A DNA stretch of 64,000 nucleotides from Candidatus Saccharimonadota bacterium (lineage in GTDB: Bacteria; Patescibacteriota; Saccharimonadia; Saccharimonadales; HK-STAS-PATE-42): contig DAISWL010000002.1 of assembly GCA_036826375.1 (NCBI GenBank), forward strand, positions 37,157 through 101,156. Reading direction: 5' to 3'. Numbering within the stretch: the stretch's first letter is position 1; each line of letters starts with the position of its first letter. The notes below the pieces were generated by a model that was not told the DNA's origin, did not search any database, and was given only the letters and a program-made list of their open reading frames with translations. The position numbers and the translations under genes are program-made. Below, piece after piece: positions 10,704-21,705 of this stretch.

Positions 10704-13700
10704 TTATACCTCCTCTCCTTCGTTGCTCAAGCTTAAATCATCAGAACCTTGTTCGCTCTCTTCGTAAGATAATGGCTCTTCATCGTCAACATCATCACTG
10801 GATACAGTAGCTCCAGATAGCTGAGCGTTATCGCTAGGAACAGCTACCAGCATTTCTTCGGGCATATGCTCTGCTTCATCCTCTATATTATCCTCTAAGG
10901 ATCCCTCTGCGTCGGCTTCGCCACCACTACTGATTAAGTCTACCCTCAATCCTAAACCTTGCAATTCTTTTACTAGTACGTTGAAAGATTCTGGCACTTT
11001 GGGGCCTACTATCTTCTCACCTTTAATTATAGATTCGTAGGCCTTACTTCTACCGTAAACATCATCAGATTTAATGGTTAGCATTTCTTGTAGAGTGCTC
11101 GCGGCGCCATATGCCTCAAGAGCCCACACTTCCATTTCTCCAAACCTCTGCCCTCCATTTTGAGCCTTACCGCCAAGAGGCTGCTGAGTTACCATTGCAT
11201 ATGGACCTATTGAACGAGAATGGATTTTATCGTTAACCATATGATGAAGCTTCATCATATGCATAACACCCACTGCTATACGCTCTTTAAACTTGTCCCC
11301 GGTGCGACCATCATATAATTCGGCCTTCCCATCCCTATCAAAACCGGCTTTTTCCAATTCATCTTTAACGGATTCTATCGATACCCCATCGAAAGCGGGA
11401 GTAGCCACTTTATATCCCAATGCTCTAGCAGCCATACCTAAATGAAGCTCAAATAGCTGACCAATATTCATACGGCTAGGGACTCCAAGTGGGTTCAAAA
11501 CCATATCAACAGGAGTACCATCCTCCATGAAGGGCATATCCTCTTCTGGTAATATTTTGGCTACCACGCCTTTATTACCATAACGACCAGCCATTTTGTC
11601 ACCAGGCTGAATCTTACGCATCTGAGCAACAAAAACCTGAACCTGCATCAGTACTCCAGATTTAAGATCGGCCCCATTCTCACGTGTGAATACTTTTACT
11701 CCAACTACTTTGCCGCGCTTACCGTTGGGCATTCTTTCGCTGGTATCTCTAACATCTTTCGCCTTTTCACCGAATATAGCCCTCAGTAACTTCTCTTCAG
11801 AACTAAGTTCTTGTTCACCCTTGGGGGTAATTTTACCGACTAGGATATCTCCAGGCTCAACTTCGGCGCCGACTCTAACTATGCCACTTTCATCTAGGTT
11901 GGCCAGAACTTCTTCGCTAACATTTGGGATATCCCTAGTTACAACCTCGGGGCCCAATTTAGTTTCACGTATTTCAGTAATAAAGTCTGATATATAAACT
12001 GAGGTTAATTCGTCGTCTTTCACTAAACGTTGGGATATGATGATTGAATCTTCAAAATTATACCCGCCCCAAGGCATGAAGGCCACCAGCATATCTTTTC
12101 CTAAAGCTAACTCGCCATCCTTGATACTCATGCCTTCTGCCAAAATATCGCCTTTTTTGACCTTATCGCCTGATTTAACTACTACTTTTTGGTTGATAGA
12201 ACTGTTCGAGTTGGTTCTCACAAAATGCTCTAAAATATATATCTTAGTACCATCTTTATACTTAACATGAACCTCGTTAGCGTCGGCCTTCTTAATTTCA
12301 CCATCGGCATCCGCCGTGATAACTTGGCCCGTGTTATTAGCTATAAGCTCTTCCATGCCGGTGCCAATTATGGCCGGTTCAGGCTTAATTAAAGGAACAG
12401 CTTGCTTCTGCATGTTTGCGCCCATTAAACAGCGGTTGACTAGGTTCTTCTCTATGAAAGGGATTAGGGCTGCAGTAGATCCTACGATCTGTGATTGAGC
12501 GGCATCCATATAGTCAATTTCGTCAGCGTCTACTTCTGCCGGATGAGCAAACTTTCTAGCAGTCACTCTCTCACCGGTGAATGCGCCACTATCGTTAAGT
12601 TTATTACCAGCGCTGGCGATAATAAACTCTTTTTCTTGATCCGCATTAAGATAAACTACTTCATCGGTAACTTTACCTTTTTTGACTTTAAAATAAGGGG
12701 TTTCAATAAAGCCGTATTCATTAATCTTGGCATACGTTGCTAAGTTTAATACTAAACCAATATTCGGACCTTCTGGAGTTTCTGTCATACATATTCTACC
12801 GTAGTGAGTAGGATGCACATCGCGAACCTCGAAGCCGGCTCTTTCGCGAGTTAGGCCTCCTGGTCCCATAGAGTTCAAACGACGCTTATGGGCAAGCTCA
12901 CTCAAAGGGTTAGTCTGCTCCATAAACTGAGAAAGCTGAGATGTAGTAAAGAATTCACGCACACTAGCCACTATTGGCCTAGCGTTAACTAGTTGAGCGG
13001 CTGTTACGGTTTGGATGTCCGAAAGGCTCATTCTATCTTTGATATTTCGCTCAATTCTAAGCATACCGATTCTGAACTGACGCTGAACCAACTCTCCAAC
13101 TAATTTAACCCTTCTTGATGAGAGTGAATCTATGTCGTCACCGGGTTCCTGCGTATTATTAAGTCTAATTACTTCCTTGATAATTTCAACGAGATCTTCA
13201 ACTTTTAAGATTCTGTTTTCAACTGTATTAGTAATATCTAAGTTTAAGCGGCTGTTGATCTTATATCTACCAACACGAGAGAGATCGAACCTTTTAAAAT
13301 TAAAGAAGGTAGATTCTATTAAGCTTCTAGCATTATCGACTGTTGCCAAATCGCCAGGTCTTAATTTTCTATAAACTTCTATTAAAGCCTCACTAACCCC
13401 TCCGGCTGGGTCTTTTTCAAGTGTTGTATCTATGAATTTTATGCCTCCGTCGTCAATTTCTTTAAAAGCTTTTTTAATATCGCTTTTATTCATGCCGAAT
13501 GATTGCAAAAGAGTTGTTACTGGCAGTTTACGACGTCTATCTATCTTAACACTTAAAACCCCGTTCTCTGCAGTTTCTATTTCTATCCAAGCACCTCTGG
13601 CTGGTGCTAGTTTAGCGGAATAAACGAACTTAGATCCAGCAAGTTCACGACCAAAAGTTACGCCAGGGCTCCTAATCAATTGACTAACCACTACTCGCTC

Positions 13701-14078
13701 GGCTCCGTTGATTACAAAAGTTCCTCTTTCGGTCATCCATGGGTAATTGCCCATGAACAATTCTTGCTCTTTAACTTCTCCAGTTACCTTATTGATTAGC
13801 TCGACATTCGCGTAAAGAGGGGCGTCGAAAGTAGTGTTATTTTCCCTAGCCTCTTTTTCGCTAATTTTTGGTTCGCCAAAATAATAAGATTTAAAAGATA
13901 TATCAAGCTTTGCACCGGTATAATCTGAAATAGGGTTAACTTCGGCGAATATCTCAGAAAGACCTTCTCCGACAAATTCACGCCAACTCCGCAGCTGGTG
14001 CTCGATTAAATCTGGAACCTCTATATCATTAACCGATGTGAAGTATTTTCTTTGTGTAGAAATTTTAGCTTTAGCCAT
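10704..14078 (-). CDS. rpoB: DNA-directed RNA polymerase beta subunit
   Basis: 1124 aa with typical RpoB blocks (GNKGVV, NMQRQAVP-like regions) and an acidic C-terminal tail. Confidence 0.95.
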   Translation of the reverse strand: MAKAKISTQRKYFTSVNDIEVPDLIEHQLRSWREFVGEGLSEIFAEVNPISDYTGAKLDISFKSYYFGEPKISEKEARENNTTFDAPLYANVELINKVTGEVKEQELFMGNYPWMTERGTFVINGAERVVVSQLIRSPGVTFGRELAGSKFVYSAKLAPARGAWIEIETAENGVLSVKIDRRRKLPVTTLLQSFGMNKSDIKKAFKEIDDGGIKFIDTTLEKDPAGGVSEALIEVYRKLRPGDLATVDNARSLIESTFFNFKRFDLSRVGRYKINSRLNLDITNTVENRILKVEDLVEIIKEVIRLNNTQEPGDDIDSLSSRRVKLVGELVQRQFRIGMLRIERNIKDRMSLSDIQTVTAAQLVNARPIVASVREFFTTSQLSQFMEQTNPLSELAHKRRLNSMGPGGLTRERAGFEVRDVHPTHYGRICMTETPEGPNIGLVLNLATYAKINEYGFIETPYFKVKKGKVTDEVVYLNADQEKEFIIASAGNKLNDSGAFTGERVTARKFAHPAEVDADEIDYMDAAQSQIVGSTAALIPFIEKNLVNRCLMGANMQKQAVPLIKPEPAIIGTGMEELIANNTGQVITADADGEIKKADANEVHVKYKDGTKIYILEHFVRTNSNSSINQKVVVKSGDKVKKGDILAEGMSIKDGELALGKDMLVAFMPWGGYNFEDSIIISQRLVKDDELTSVYISDFITEIRETKLGPEVVTRDIPNVSEEVLANLDESGIVRVGAEVEPGDILVGKITPKGEQELSSEEKLLRAIFGEKAKDVRDTSERMPNGKRGKVVGVKVFTRENGADLKSGVLMQVQVFVAQMRKIQPGDKMAGRYGNKGVVAKILPEEDMPFMEDGTPVDMVLNPLGVPSRMNIGQLFELHLGMAARALGYKVATPAFDGVSIESVKDELEKAGFDRDGKAELYDGRTGDKFKERIAVGVMHMMKLHHMVNDKIHSRSIGPYAMVTQQPLGGKAQNGGQRFGEMEVWALEAYGAASTLQEMLTIKSDDVYGRSKAYESIIKGEKIVGPKVPESFNVLVKELQGLGLRVDLISSGGEADAEGSLEDNIEDEAEHMPEEMLVAVPSDNAQLSGATVSSDDVDDEEPLSYEESEQGSDDLSLSNEGEEV

Positions 14079-14599
14079 TGATTCTAAACTAGCCCCTTTC
14101 CTTTTTAAAGCAATTTACTCAAAAAATGTTAGCCAACAGGTCAAACTTTAGCGACTAACCTGTTTATTACACTTTGCATATATTAAGTTAATTACTATAT
14201 GTTACCTAAAATACAATCAGCTGTTTTGTATTTTAGTGAACTTATTATTATTTAATTGAAATCAACTAAGCTTTAAAAGTTGAATCATCAGGGCTTCTTT
14301 CCCAACTATCAAACTTAACCCTTGAGCTTATTTTGAGCTCTAATCTTAAGCTTAATTTAGAGAACCACGCGCTTGAATTGAACCTGCTTACACGATTTAA
14401 ATTCATTATGACCGAATACGATCCATAATGTCAACACCTAAAAGCTTAAACTCGTTTATTATACTGGTTGGTTGTTTAGAATTAATCAATATTCAAGATT
14501 ATCTTTGCTCAATCACTATTTACTTAACCCCCATGTTAATCACCACTCTTATAGTTTAAAACGGGTAGCTGATCTACATGCCTTAGAATAAACTAAGAG

Positions 14600-17500
14600 C
14601 TACTTTATTACTATGTTCACTTCTCCAACAACTAAACTTAAGGCCTTGGATAAACTATCATCAGCTTCTACTCTTTGGGGCAAGAGAATAGCTGTTTGAT
14701 CTGGCTTTTCGCCAAACACTAAAATCACCTGCGATTTAGTTTGCTTAGGTGGGTTAGCCAACACTAAACGATGAATCTCACGCAAAACCTGCTCGTCACT
14801 AGCCTTAAGTTTAAGGTAATATTTAGTGATTTTAGCTGTTTTAGATTCTTCTTTAGATTCTTCACTCATCTCGGGTTTGGCATCTTTATTTTTTGGTTCT
14901 GATTTAGAATCTTCATCTGATTGAACATTAGCGTGAGGTTTATTATCCAGTTTCACCGGCTGACTTTTGAGCCAATCTTCATTAATGTGTTTGATTTCAT
15001 CAGCCATAATTTTTACTTCTTCTAGGCCGTTGCCTTCTCTATCCTTGGTAGATATCTTACCCTTAATCATCACTATGGCATCTTGAACTATTAAGTTTGA
15101 GAATGCTTCGTATGTCTTAGGGAAGATAATGGCTTCCATTTGTTTGATTTTATCTTCAATTTTCACAAAAGCCATTTTAGAACCGTTTTTAGTAGTGATT
15201 ATGCGAGCTCCCGCCACAATACCCACAACTTTTGCTTCCTTGCCATCCATATCTTTTGTAATTTGATAGATTGGCGTTGCTATTGAAGATATGTGGGCCA
15301 GAACACTATCCAGGGGATGGGAAGAGAGGTATATTCCCAGAAGTTCACGCTCCCATCTTAATTTTTCTTTTTGATTAGCCTCAACCGGAGCTTTAGTTAA
15401 GCTTAAATCAGTAGGCGTGGTGGAGTTGGCATCCCCGCCAAACAATAGAGATTGGCTGGAGTTTGATTCTTTATTAATGCGTGAGCATAAAGCCAGAATT
15501 GTATCTAAATTATGCAAAATATCTTCTCTGGGGGCAAAATGATCAAATGCTCCAGATTTGATTAAAGCCTCCCAAACCTTTTTATTTAGGTTTTTAAGAT
15601 GTGCTGTCCGCTCAATAAAATCATTTAAAGATTCAAAACTTCCATCTTCGGTGCGAACTTTAACAATTTCCTCGGCGATTCCATGCCCAACATTTTTAAT
15701 AGCCATTAGCCCAAAACGGATTTTATCTTCACCCGGAACTATGGCAAACTCGGAAAAAGATTCATTAATATCCGGTGGAGCTACCTCTATGTTAATAGAT
15801 CTACAATCGCTAATATCTCCAGCTAATCTTTCATTATCGTCATAGTTACTTGTCATTAAGGCGGCCATGAAAGCATCTGGATAATGTGCCTTAAGATACG
15901 CTGTCCAGTAGGCAATCAAACCGTAGCATGCCGCGTGAGCTTTATTGAAACAGTAATCAGCGAAGGGAACAAGTTTGTTTTCCCAGAAATCTTCAGCAAA
16001 TTTAGGCTTAACTCCGCTAACCTTAACCATGCCATCTACAAATTCAGGCTGGATTTTATCCATTAAATCACGCTTTTTTTTACCGACAGCTTTTCTGAGA
16101 GTATCGGCCTGACCACCAGTAAATCCGCACATATCTTTACTAATTTGCATAAATTGCTCTTGATAGATCATCACCCCGTAAGTTTGCTCTAGCGAATTTT
16201 TGAATCCGGGATGATCGTAAGTGATTTCTTTTTTACCGTGTTTTCTGGCGATGAAATCATCTATAAATTGCATCGGACCGGGGCGATAAAGAGCCACCAT
16301 GGCCACGATGTCATCTAGAACTGTTGGTTTAAGCTCTTTTAAATAACGGCGCATCCCGGCAGATTCCAATTGAAATACCCCAGTAGTTTCACCACGCTGC
16401 AACAAACCGAAAGCTTCTGAGTCATCGTCCTTAAGCTTAGATAAATCTATGTTTTCACCGTAAACTTTTTTAATAATACGCATAGCGTTGTTTATGATAG
16501 TCAAGTTAGCCAGGCCCAAGAAATCCATTTTTAAAAGACCCAATTCTTCAATAGGCCCCATCGGATATTGAGTTGCCACGCTACCTTTAGGCGATATCTC
16601 GAGTGGAGCGAACTTAACTAAATCATCTGGGGCAATAACTACCCCCGCAGCGTGCATGCCATGGCTGCGGATTGTTCCCTCAAGCTTAATTGCTAAATCA
16701 ATAATTTTTTTAGATTGCTGATTGTTTTTGTACTCATTAGAAAAATCGACATCTTCAACAATACTTTTACTGAGTGGAATGTGCCTGCCCTGAATTGGCG
16801 GCGGAATCATCTTCGCTAACTTATCGGCTTCAGCATAAGGCACATCCAAGGCTCTAGCTACATCGCGTACTGCAGCACGAGCCGCCATGGTCCCGAACGT
16901 TGCAATATTGGCTACTCTCTCTTTGCCATATTTTCTAACACAATATTGAATAACTTCGTCACGGCGAGAATCTTGAATGTCTATATCAATATCGGGCATA
17001 CTGATTCTATCTGGATTTAAAAATCTTTCAAATAAGAGATCGAATTTTAGAGGATCAATCTCTGTAATATTCAAGCTATAGGCAATTATTGAACCAGCCG
17101 CGCTTCCCCTGCCCGGCCCAAATATAATTCCTTGATTTTTACCCCACGCTATAAAATCCCAAATGATTAAAAAATAACCGTTGAATCCCATACTGTCGAT
17201 AACACTCAGCTCATATTCTGCTCTTTTAACGATGTCCTCACTAAGCTTAAGCTTGGCTTGATCGGGTGTTAAGGCCTCAACTTCTTGCTCGCTGATAGAT
17301 AAACCTGAATATCTTTTAACTAAACCCTGATAAGTTAAGCGAACTAGCATACTTCGCTCAGTTTCGCCTTCTGGAACCGGGAATTCGGGGATGAGAATCC
17401 CGCCAAGTTCTATTGATACATCGCAACGTTCGGCTATTTTTTTAGTATTAGCCAAAGCTTCTGGCAATTCAGATTGCCACCGCTCGAAGATATCTTCAGG

Positions 17501-18310
17501 CTCAGCTAAACTTAAATCGAAATCTTGCAAACTGAAGCGTTTTTCATCGGTTACTTTAGAAAGAGTTTGAACGCATAAAAGAATTTCATGGGCTTCAGCA
17601 TCCTCACTGTTGAGATAGTGGCTATCAGATGTAAGCACCAAAGGGATGTCAACATCTTTACTAAGCTTAATCAACTGCTTATTAAGCTTAATCTGCTCAT
17701 CCCACGCTTTATGATGATTGGGATGACCATGATCTTGAACTTCTAAATAATATCTATCGCCAAAAACTGATTTATACCACAAAGCTACATCTTTGGCTTT
17801 TTTGTATTGATCTTGGCGCAGCAGATCTCCAACCTCGCCACCGATACAGCCTGAAAGAATTATTAGGCCTTCATTATACTTTTGTAATAAATCGTGATCT
17901 ATCCTGGGTTTGTAATAATAACCATCAATGTTGGCGATAGAGCTCAGGCGCATTAAGTTTAAGTAGCCAGTATTGTTCATCGCCAGAATAATTAAGTGGT
18001 AACGGCCTCTATCCAATTGAGGATCTTTATCGGTATGTTTACGATTGGCCACGTAAGCTTCCATCCCGATAATAGGTTTGATGCCAGCCTCTTTGGCTTT
18101 TTTGTAAAATTCTATTGAACCACTCAGAGTTCCATGATCAGTAACAGCTACAGCGCTCATTCCCCTAAGCTTAACCTTTTCAACCACTTGCGGAACTTTC
18201 TGTAAGCCATCTAATAAACTATGGTGAGTATGCACATGAAGATGCACAAAATCACTAGGCTTAAGGCTCAAATCTGGAGCATTTTTAGTTTTATTTTTTG
18301 CCTCACTCAT
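14600..18310 (-). CDS. dnaE: DNA polymerase III alpha subunit
   Basis: 1236 aa; N-terminal PHP domain (HLHVHTHHSLLDG), polymerase core, OB fold and a lysine/glutamate-rich C-terminal tail. Confidence 0.93.
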   Translation of the reverse strand: MSEAKNKTKNAPDLSLKPSDFVHLHVHTHHSLLDGLQKVPQVVEKVKLRGMSAVAVTDHGTLSGSIEFYKKAKEAGIKPIIGMEAYVANRKHTDKDPQLDRGRYHLIILAMNNTGYLNLMRLSSIANIDGYYYKPRIDHDLLQKYNEGLIILSGCIGGEVGDLLRQDQYKKAKDVALWYKSVFGDRYYLEVQDHGHPNHHKAWDEQIKLNKQLIKLSKDVDIPLVLTSDSHYLNSEDAEAHEILLCVQTLSKVTDEKRFSLQDFDLSLAEPEDIFERWQSELPEALANTKKIAERCDVSIELGGILIPEFPVPEGETERSMLVRLTYQGLVKRYSGLSISEQEVEALTPDQAKLKLSEDIVKRAEYELSVIDSMGFNGYFLIIWDFIAWGKNQGIIFGPGRGSAAGSIIAYSLNITEIDPLKFDLLFERFLNPDRISMPDIDIDIQDSRRDEVIQYCVRKYGKERVANIATFGTMAARAAVRDVARALDVPYAEADKLAKMIPPPIQGRHIPLSKSIVEDVDFSNEYKNNQQSKKIIDLAIKLEGTIRSHGMHAAGVVIAPDDLVKFAPLEISPKGSVATQYPMGPIEELGLLKMDFLGLANLTIINNAMRIIKKVYGENIDLSKLKDDDSEAFGLLQRGETTGVFQLESAGMRRYLKELKPTVLDDIVAMVALYRPGPMQFIDDFIARKHGKKEITYDHPGFKNSLEQTYGVMIYQEQFMQISKDMCGFTGGQADTLRKAVGKKKRDLMDKIQPEFVDGMVKVSGVKPKFAEDFWENKLVPFADYCFNKAHAACYGLIAYWTAYLKAHYPDAFMAALMTSNYDDNERLAGDISDCRSINIEVAPPDINESFSEFAIVPGEDKIRFGLMAIKNVGHGIAEEIVKVRTEDGSFESLNDFIERTAHLKNLNKKVWEALIKSGAFDHFAPREDILHNLDTILALCSRINKESNSSQSLLFGGDANSTTPTDLSLTKAPVEANQKEKLRWERELLGIYLSSHPLDSVLAHISSIATPIYQITKDMDGKEAKVVGIVAGARIITTKNGSKMAFVKIEDKIKQMEAIIFPKTYEAFSNLIVQDAIVMIKGKISTKDREGNGLEEVKIMADEIKHINEDWLKSQPVKLDNKPHANVQSDEDSKSEPKNKDAKPEMSEESKEESKTAKITKYYLKLKASDEQVLREIHRLVLANPPKQTKSQVILVFGEKPDQTAILLPQRVEADDSLSKALSLVVGEVNIVIK

Positions 18311-18411
18311 TAATACTTAGTATAAATGATCGAGATGATGCTGTCATCTTGATATTCTACTTTAACAGTTAAGAAAATAATACTTATATTAAAACTGCCT
18401 CAAAACTTAAA

Positions 18412-19152
18412 TTATCCTACTTGCCCGTATCTAATTATATTATCCGGAAAAGTTCTTACGGATATCTGATCTATTAAAATATTTTCTGGTTGATTAATAA
18501 CTTCGATCACAATTTCAGCAACATCATTTTTGTTCATCATCCAAGGAGCCTTACCGTAATCATGCCCGGCTCTGTTAAACAAATCTGTATCCATTCCTCC
18601 GGGATGTACCAGGCTAACCTTAATATTGTCATCAACCACTTCTGGTTGCAGAGTTTTAGCAAAGCCCGTTAAGCCGAATTTACTTGCGGAATAGAAGCTG
18701 TTCCCCGGATTGAAATCTAGGCCGGCGACAGAATTTATAAAAACTATGTGTCCTTTTTTATTTAACTTAAGCTTAGGCAAAATTGCAGAAACTAGTTGCA
18801 TATGCCCAGTGAGGTTTGTTCTGATGACATCTTCTATTTTTTTAAAATCTTCTTGTTCGGTATCGCCTTCAAGCCATATTCCAGCATTAGAAATTAATAC
18901 TATATCTTGATCGTTAAGTTTAATAATCTCAGACGAAAACTGTTCTATAGATTCGTTATCAGTTAAATCTAGTTGGCGTATTTCAACCTTTGCGCCGAGT
19001 TGATCTCTGAGGCTTTGGAGTTTAGTTAAATCACGACCAGTTAATATCAGTTTGCTGGCACGATCATTAAGCTTAACGGCCATGGCTTCACCGAGCCCGC
19101 TAGTTGCCCCAATAATTATCACTGTTTTGTTTTTTAGAAAATCTTGTTGCAT
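18412..19152 (-). CDS. short-chain dehydrogenase/reductase (SDR) family oxidoreductase
   Basis: 246 aa; N-terminal TGxxxGxG-like Rossmann motif (IIGATSGLGEA); YxxxK catalytic pair in the form YSASK. Confidence 0.8.
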   Translation of the reverse strand: MQQDFLKNKTVIIIGATSGLGEAMAVKLNDRASKLILTGRDLTKLQSLRDQLGAKVEIRQLDLTDNESIEQFSSEIIKLNDQDIVLISNAGIWLEGDTEQEDFKKIEDVIRTNLTGHMQLVSAILPKLKLNKKGHIVFINSVAGLDFNPGNSFYSASKFGLTGFAKTLQPEVVDDNIKVSLVHPGGMDTDLFNRAGHDYGKAPWMMNKNDVAEIVIEVINQPENILIDQISVRTFPDNIIRYGQVG

Positions 19153-19163
19153 GTTGCCTCCCT

Positions 19164-20186
19164 TTAAAACTGCCTTAAAAACTTAAGTTTAGCGCTGAAG
19201 AAGTGGCGGATATCTTCAATGCCGTACTTCATCATAATTAGGCGTTCGATGCCACATCCGAAGGCGAAGCCTTGGTAGGTTTTAGAATCTATCCCTGCCA
19301 TCTCTAGAACATTCGGATGGATCATCCCACAACCGAGAAGTTCAATCCAGCCAGATTGCGAACAAACGCTGCAGCCTTTTTTATCACAAAAGGGGCAACT
19401 GAGCGCAAACTCAAAGCTGGGTTCGGTGAACGGGAAGTAGAACGGGTTAACCCTAGTTTCAACCTCTTTTCCGTAATAACTGCTGAGAAAAGTTTTTAGG
19501 GTAGCAATTAAGTTTCCAACATTGATGTTTTTATCTACATAAATTCCTTCAATTTGGTGGAAGGTGTGTTCGTGGCGGGCATCTAAATCCTCATTCCTAA
19601 AAACTCTATCCGGGACAACTGCGGCGATCGGTCGGCCTTCTTCTAAATCATTTTTTCTTAAACTTAAGATGCGGCTCTGCATGGTGCTGGTATGCGCCGG
19701 AGCAATCAGACCCTCTTCGGTAATAAAAGTGTCGTAATCATCACGAGCGGGGTGATCTTCGGGAAAATTAAGGCTAGTGAACATGTGCCATCCGTCATCT
19801 ATTTGACGTGATTCAAATGCTTCAAAACCCATTCCATAAAAGATGTTGATCAGCTTATCAATTTCTTGATTGATTGGGTGGATGGATCCTCCCGTTGCCG
19901 GGAATAGCTCTGGAGCCTTGGCATTAACTCCGAAAGGCGCGCTAACATCAAAAGGCTTTTCCAAATTCTTCTGATCGGTTGGAGATTCAGCGATTAGCTC
20001 CTCAAGTTCTAACTTAAGCTTATTCACTTCGGCGCCAAAAGATGCTCGCTCTTCGGCCGCAAGCTTAGGTATCTGCGCGTAGAGCGCTTTCATCTCATTA
20101 GATTTCAAAATCGAAGCCTTCTCGGAGGTAGGCAAAGAATTAAGTTTAGCAATTAAGCTTTCTTTAGTTTGGTTTACTAAATCCAT
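19164..20186 (-). CDS. pheS: phenylalanine--tRNA ligase alpha subunit
   Basis: 340 aa; class II aaRS motifs; C-terminal GFAFGCGIERLIMMKYGIEDIR typical of PheS. Confidence 0.9.
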   Translation of the reverse strand: MDLVNQTKESLIAKLNSLPTSEKASILKSNEMKALYAQIPKLAAEERASFGAEVNKLKLELEELIAESPTDQKNLEKPFDVSAPFGVNAKAPELFPATGGSIHPINQEIDKLINIFYGMGFEAFESRQIDDGWHMFTSLNFPEDHPARDDYDTFITEEGLIAPAHTSTMQSRILSLRKNDLEEGRPIAAVVPDRVFRNEDLDARHEHTFHQIEGIYVDKNINVGNLIATLKTFLSSYYGKEVETRVNPFYFPFTEPSFEFALSCPFCDKKGCSVCSQSGWIELLGCGMIHPNVLEMAGIDSKTYQGFAFGCGIERLIMMKYGIEDIRHFFSAKLKFLRQF

Positions 20187-20206
20187 ACATTTATATTATA
20201 AGCGAT

Positions 20207-20938
20207 TTAGCTAAAAAATTCTTCGATTTTTTTAGTGTATAAGTTCAGAGCTAAAACCTGGGCTTGATGCCCCGGAAGGTTAGTATATTCAAATTGAACA
20301 TCGGCACCAGTTAAATCTGTTAAGCCAAACCATTCCTGGGTATGTTTTTTTTGAATTAACTTATCGTTATTGCTATTAACAATTTTTAAAGATTTCCCAC
20401 TAAGCTTAATATTTGGCAAAGTTTTAGCCTCCAAATTTGACCACGTTTCTACGGCGTTCTCAACTTGTTGCTTGGTGAAATCTTTTATTTTCATTAGTTT
20501 TTGAAAGTCAGTATCCTCATAAACGTGAGTTATTAGGCCTCCCGTTGCGCTGAAAAAGTACTTATCTACATATTCAAAATTTGGGATGTTGAAATATGAA
20601 AAGTAACTGCCTAAACTGGTTCCTACTACGAAATTTTTATTCTTCAGCCTGCCAAACTTGGCTTTAATATAGCTTATTAAGCCTTTTGGTTTTATCTGAT
20701 TAAGCTTAATGTATTGCCCAACTTGTTTGATTCCTTCTTCAAGATTTTCCGGAGCACCGTAACTCAAGCATTCATCTTTTGGCTGGATGTAATGAACTCT
20801 GTATTCTTGAGAAAGTTTTTTGAGTATCGGCTTAAAAAACATTTCTTTGCCAGTAAATGGGCCAACAAAAAAGATGTTCCCCCGCGCGTGGTTATTAGCA
20901 GGCTCAATTACTTTTACTGTGTATAATTTTTGATCCAT
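20207..20938 (-). CDS. hypothetical protein, possible alpha/beta-hydrolase fold (GTSLG nucleophile-elbow-like)
   Basis: 243-aa ORF; the GxSxG-like pentapeptide VVGTSLGS is the only recognisable motif. Confidence 0.4.
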   Translation of the reverse strand: MDQKLYTVKVIEPANNHARGNIFFVGPFTGKEMFFKPILKKLSQEYRVHYIQPKDECLSYGAPENLEEGIKQVGQYIKLNQIKPKGLISYIKAKFGRLKNKNFVVGTSLGSYFSYFNIPNFEYVDKYFFSATGGLITHVYEDTDFQKLMKIKDFTKQQVENAVETWSNLEAKTLPNIKLSGKSLKIVNSNNDKLIQKKHTQEWFGLTDLTGADVQFEYTNLPGHQAQVLALNLYTKKIEEFFS

Positions 20939-20968
20939 TAGCAGTATCTAGTTTAACACGAAAAGAAA

Positions 20969-21133
20969 TTAAGCCGAACTTAAATGCCACCACTCACAAT
21001 CTTTACAAAAATAAACCTTAAGTTTAACACCGTGCCGATGCTCGGCATAAACTTTGGCGCCCTCGGCCTCAACCCGATTTTTAAACTTAAGCTTATCATC
21101 ACACTTCTTAGGTTTATCGGTTTCTGGTTCCAT
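20969..21133 (-). CDS. small hypothetical protein with CxxC-like cysteines (~54 aa from ATG at 21131-21133)
   Basis: The ORF track gives a TTG-extended 60-aa version. The ATG-initiated form MEPETDKPKKCDD...FCKDCEWWHLSSA has two Cys pairs. No SD seen. Confidence 0.25.
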   Translation of the reverse strand: MEPETDKPKKCDDKLKFKNRVEAEGAKVYAEHRHGVKLKVYFCKDCEWWHLSSA

Positions 21134-21170
21134 ACTATATACAATATACAAAATACTATATACTATTGAT

Positions 21171-21665
21171 ATGCCTAATTTTAGTTTCGATTGCGTAAGC
21201 GATTACGATAAAAGTGAAATAATTAATGTTTTCGATCAAGCCAAAAGGGAGATTGCATCTCGTTACGATTTTAAAGGCTCTAGCGCCAATATTGAATGGC
21301 TGGGTGATAAGGATGGAATTAAAATCACTGGCGATAACAACTTTCATATAGATTCAATTTTAGATATTTTAAGGAAGAAGCTAGCTGTTAGAGGGCAATC
21401 TCAAAAAATTTTAGATTGCAGCCAAGATGAAATAACTAGCAATATGAAAGTTACAAAAGATGTTAAGTTTAAGAAGGGCATTTCTAGTGAAGAGGCTAAA
21501 AAACTCAGCAAGTTAATTCGTGATAATATGCCTAAACTTAAACCCCAAATTCAAGGAGATGAACTCCGTGTAACTGGAGCCAAAAAAGATGAACTCCAAG
21601 CTGCAATAGAGTTGCTGAAATCTCAGGAATTAGATTACGACTTACAGTTTATTAATTTTCGATAA
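21171..21665 (+). CDS. yajQ: YajQ family (UPF0234) nucleotide-binding protein
   Basis: The track ORF 21054-21665 begins upstream, but the conserved YajQ N-terminus MPNFSFDCVSDYDKSEIINVFDQAKREIASRYDFKGS starts at ATG 21171. Expected length ~164 aa. Confidence 0.75.
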   Translation: MPNFSFDCVSDYDKSEIINVFDQAKREIASRYDFKGSSANIEWLGDKDGIKITGDNNFHIDSILDILRKKLAVRGQSQKILDCSQDEITSNMKVTKDVKFKKGISSEEAKKLSKLIRDNMPKLKPQIQGDELRVTGAKKDELQAAIELLKSQELDYDLQFINFR

Positions 21666-21705
21666 GCTTAAGGTTTTAAACTGAAATCTCCGTTATAATG
21701 TAATT

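Noticed and set aside
5205-18910. Many 60-140-aa ORFs antisense to or out of frame within fusA, rpoC, rpoB, dnaE and the SDR gene
   Set aside because: They lie wholly inside strongly supported conserved genes, and low-complexity translations are typical of antisense artefacts.
21054-21170. Upstream extension of yajQ (MAPSASTRFLNLSLSS...)
   Set aside because: The conserved YajQ N-terminus begins at MPNFSFDCVS (21171); the extension overlaps the convergent small ORF and looks non-coding.
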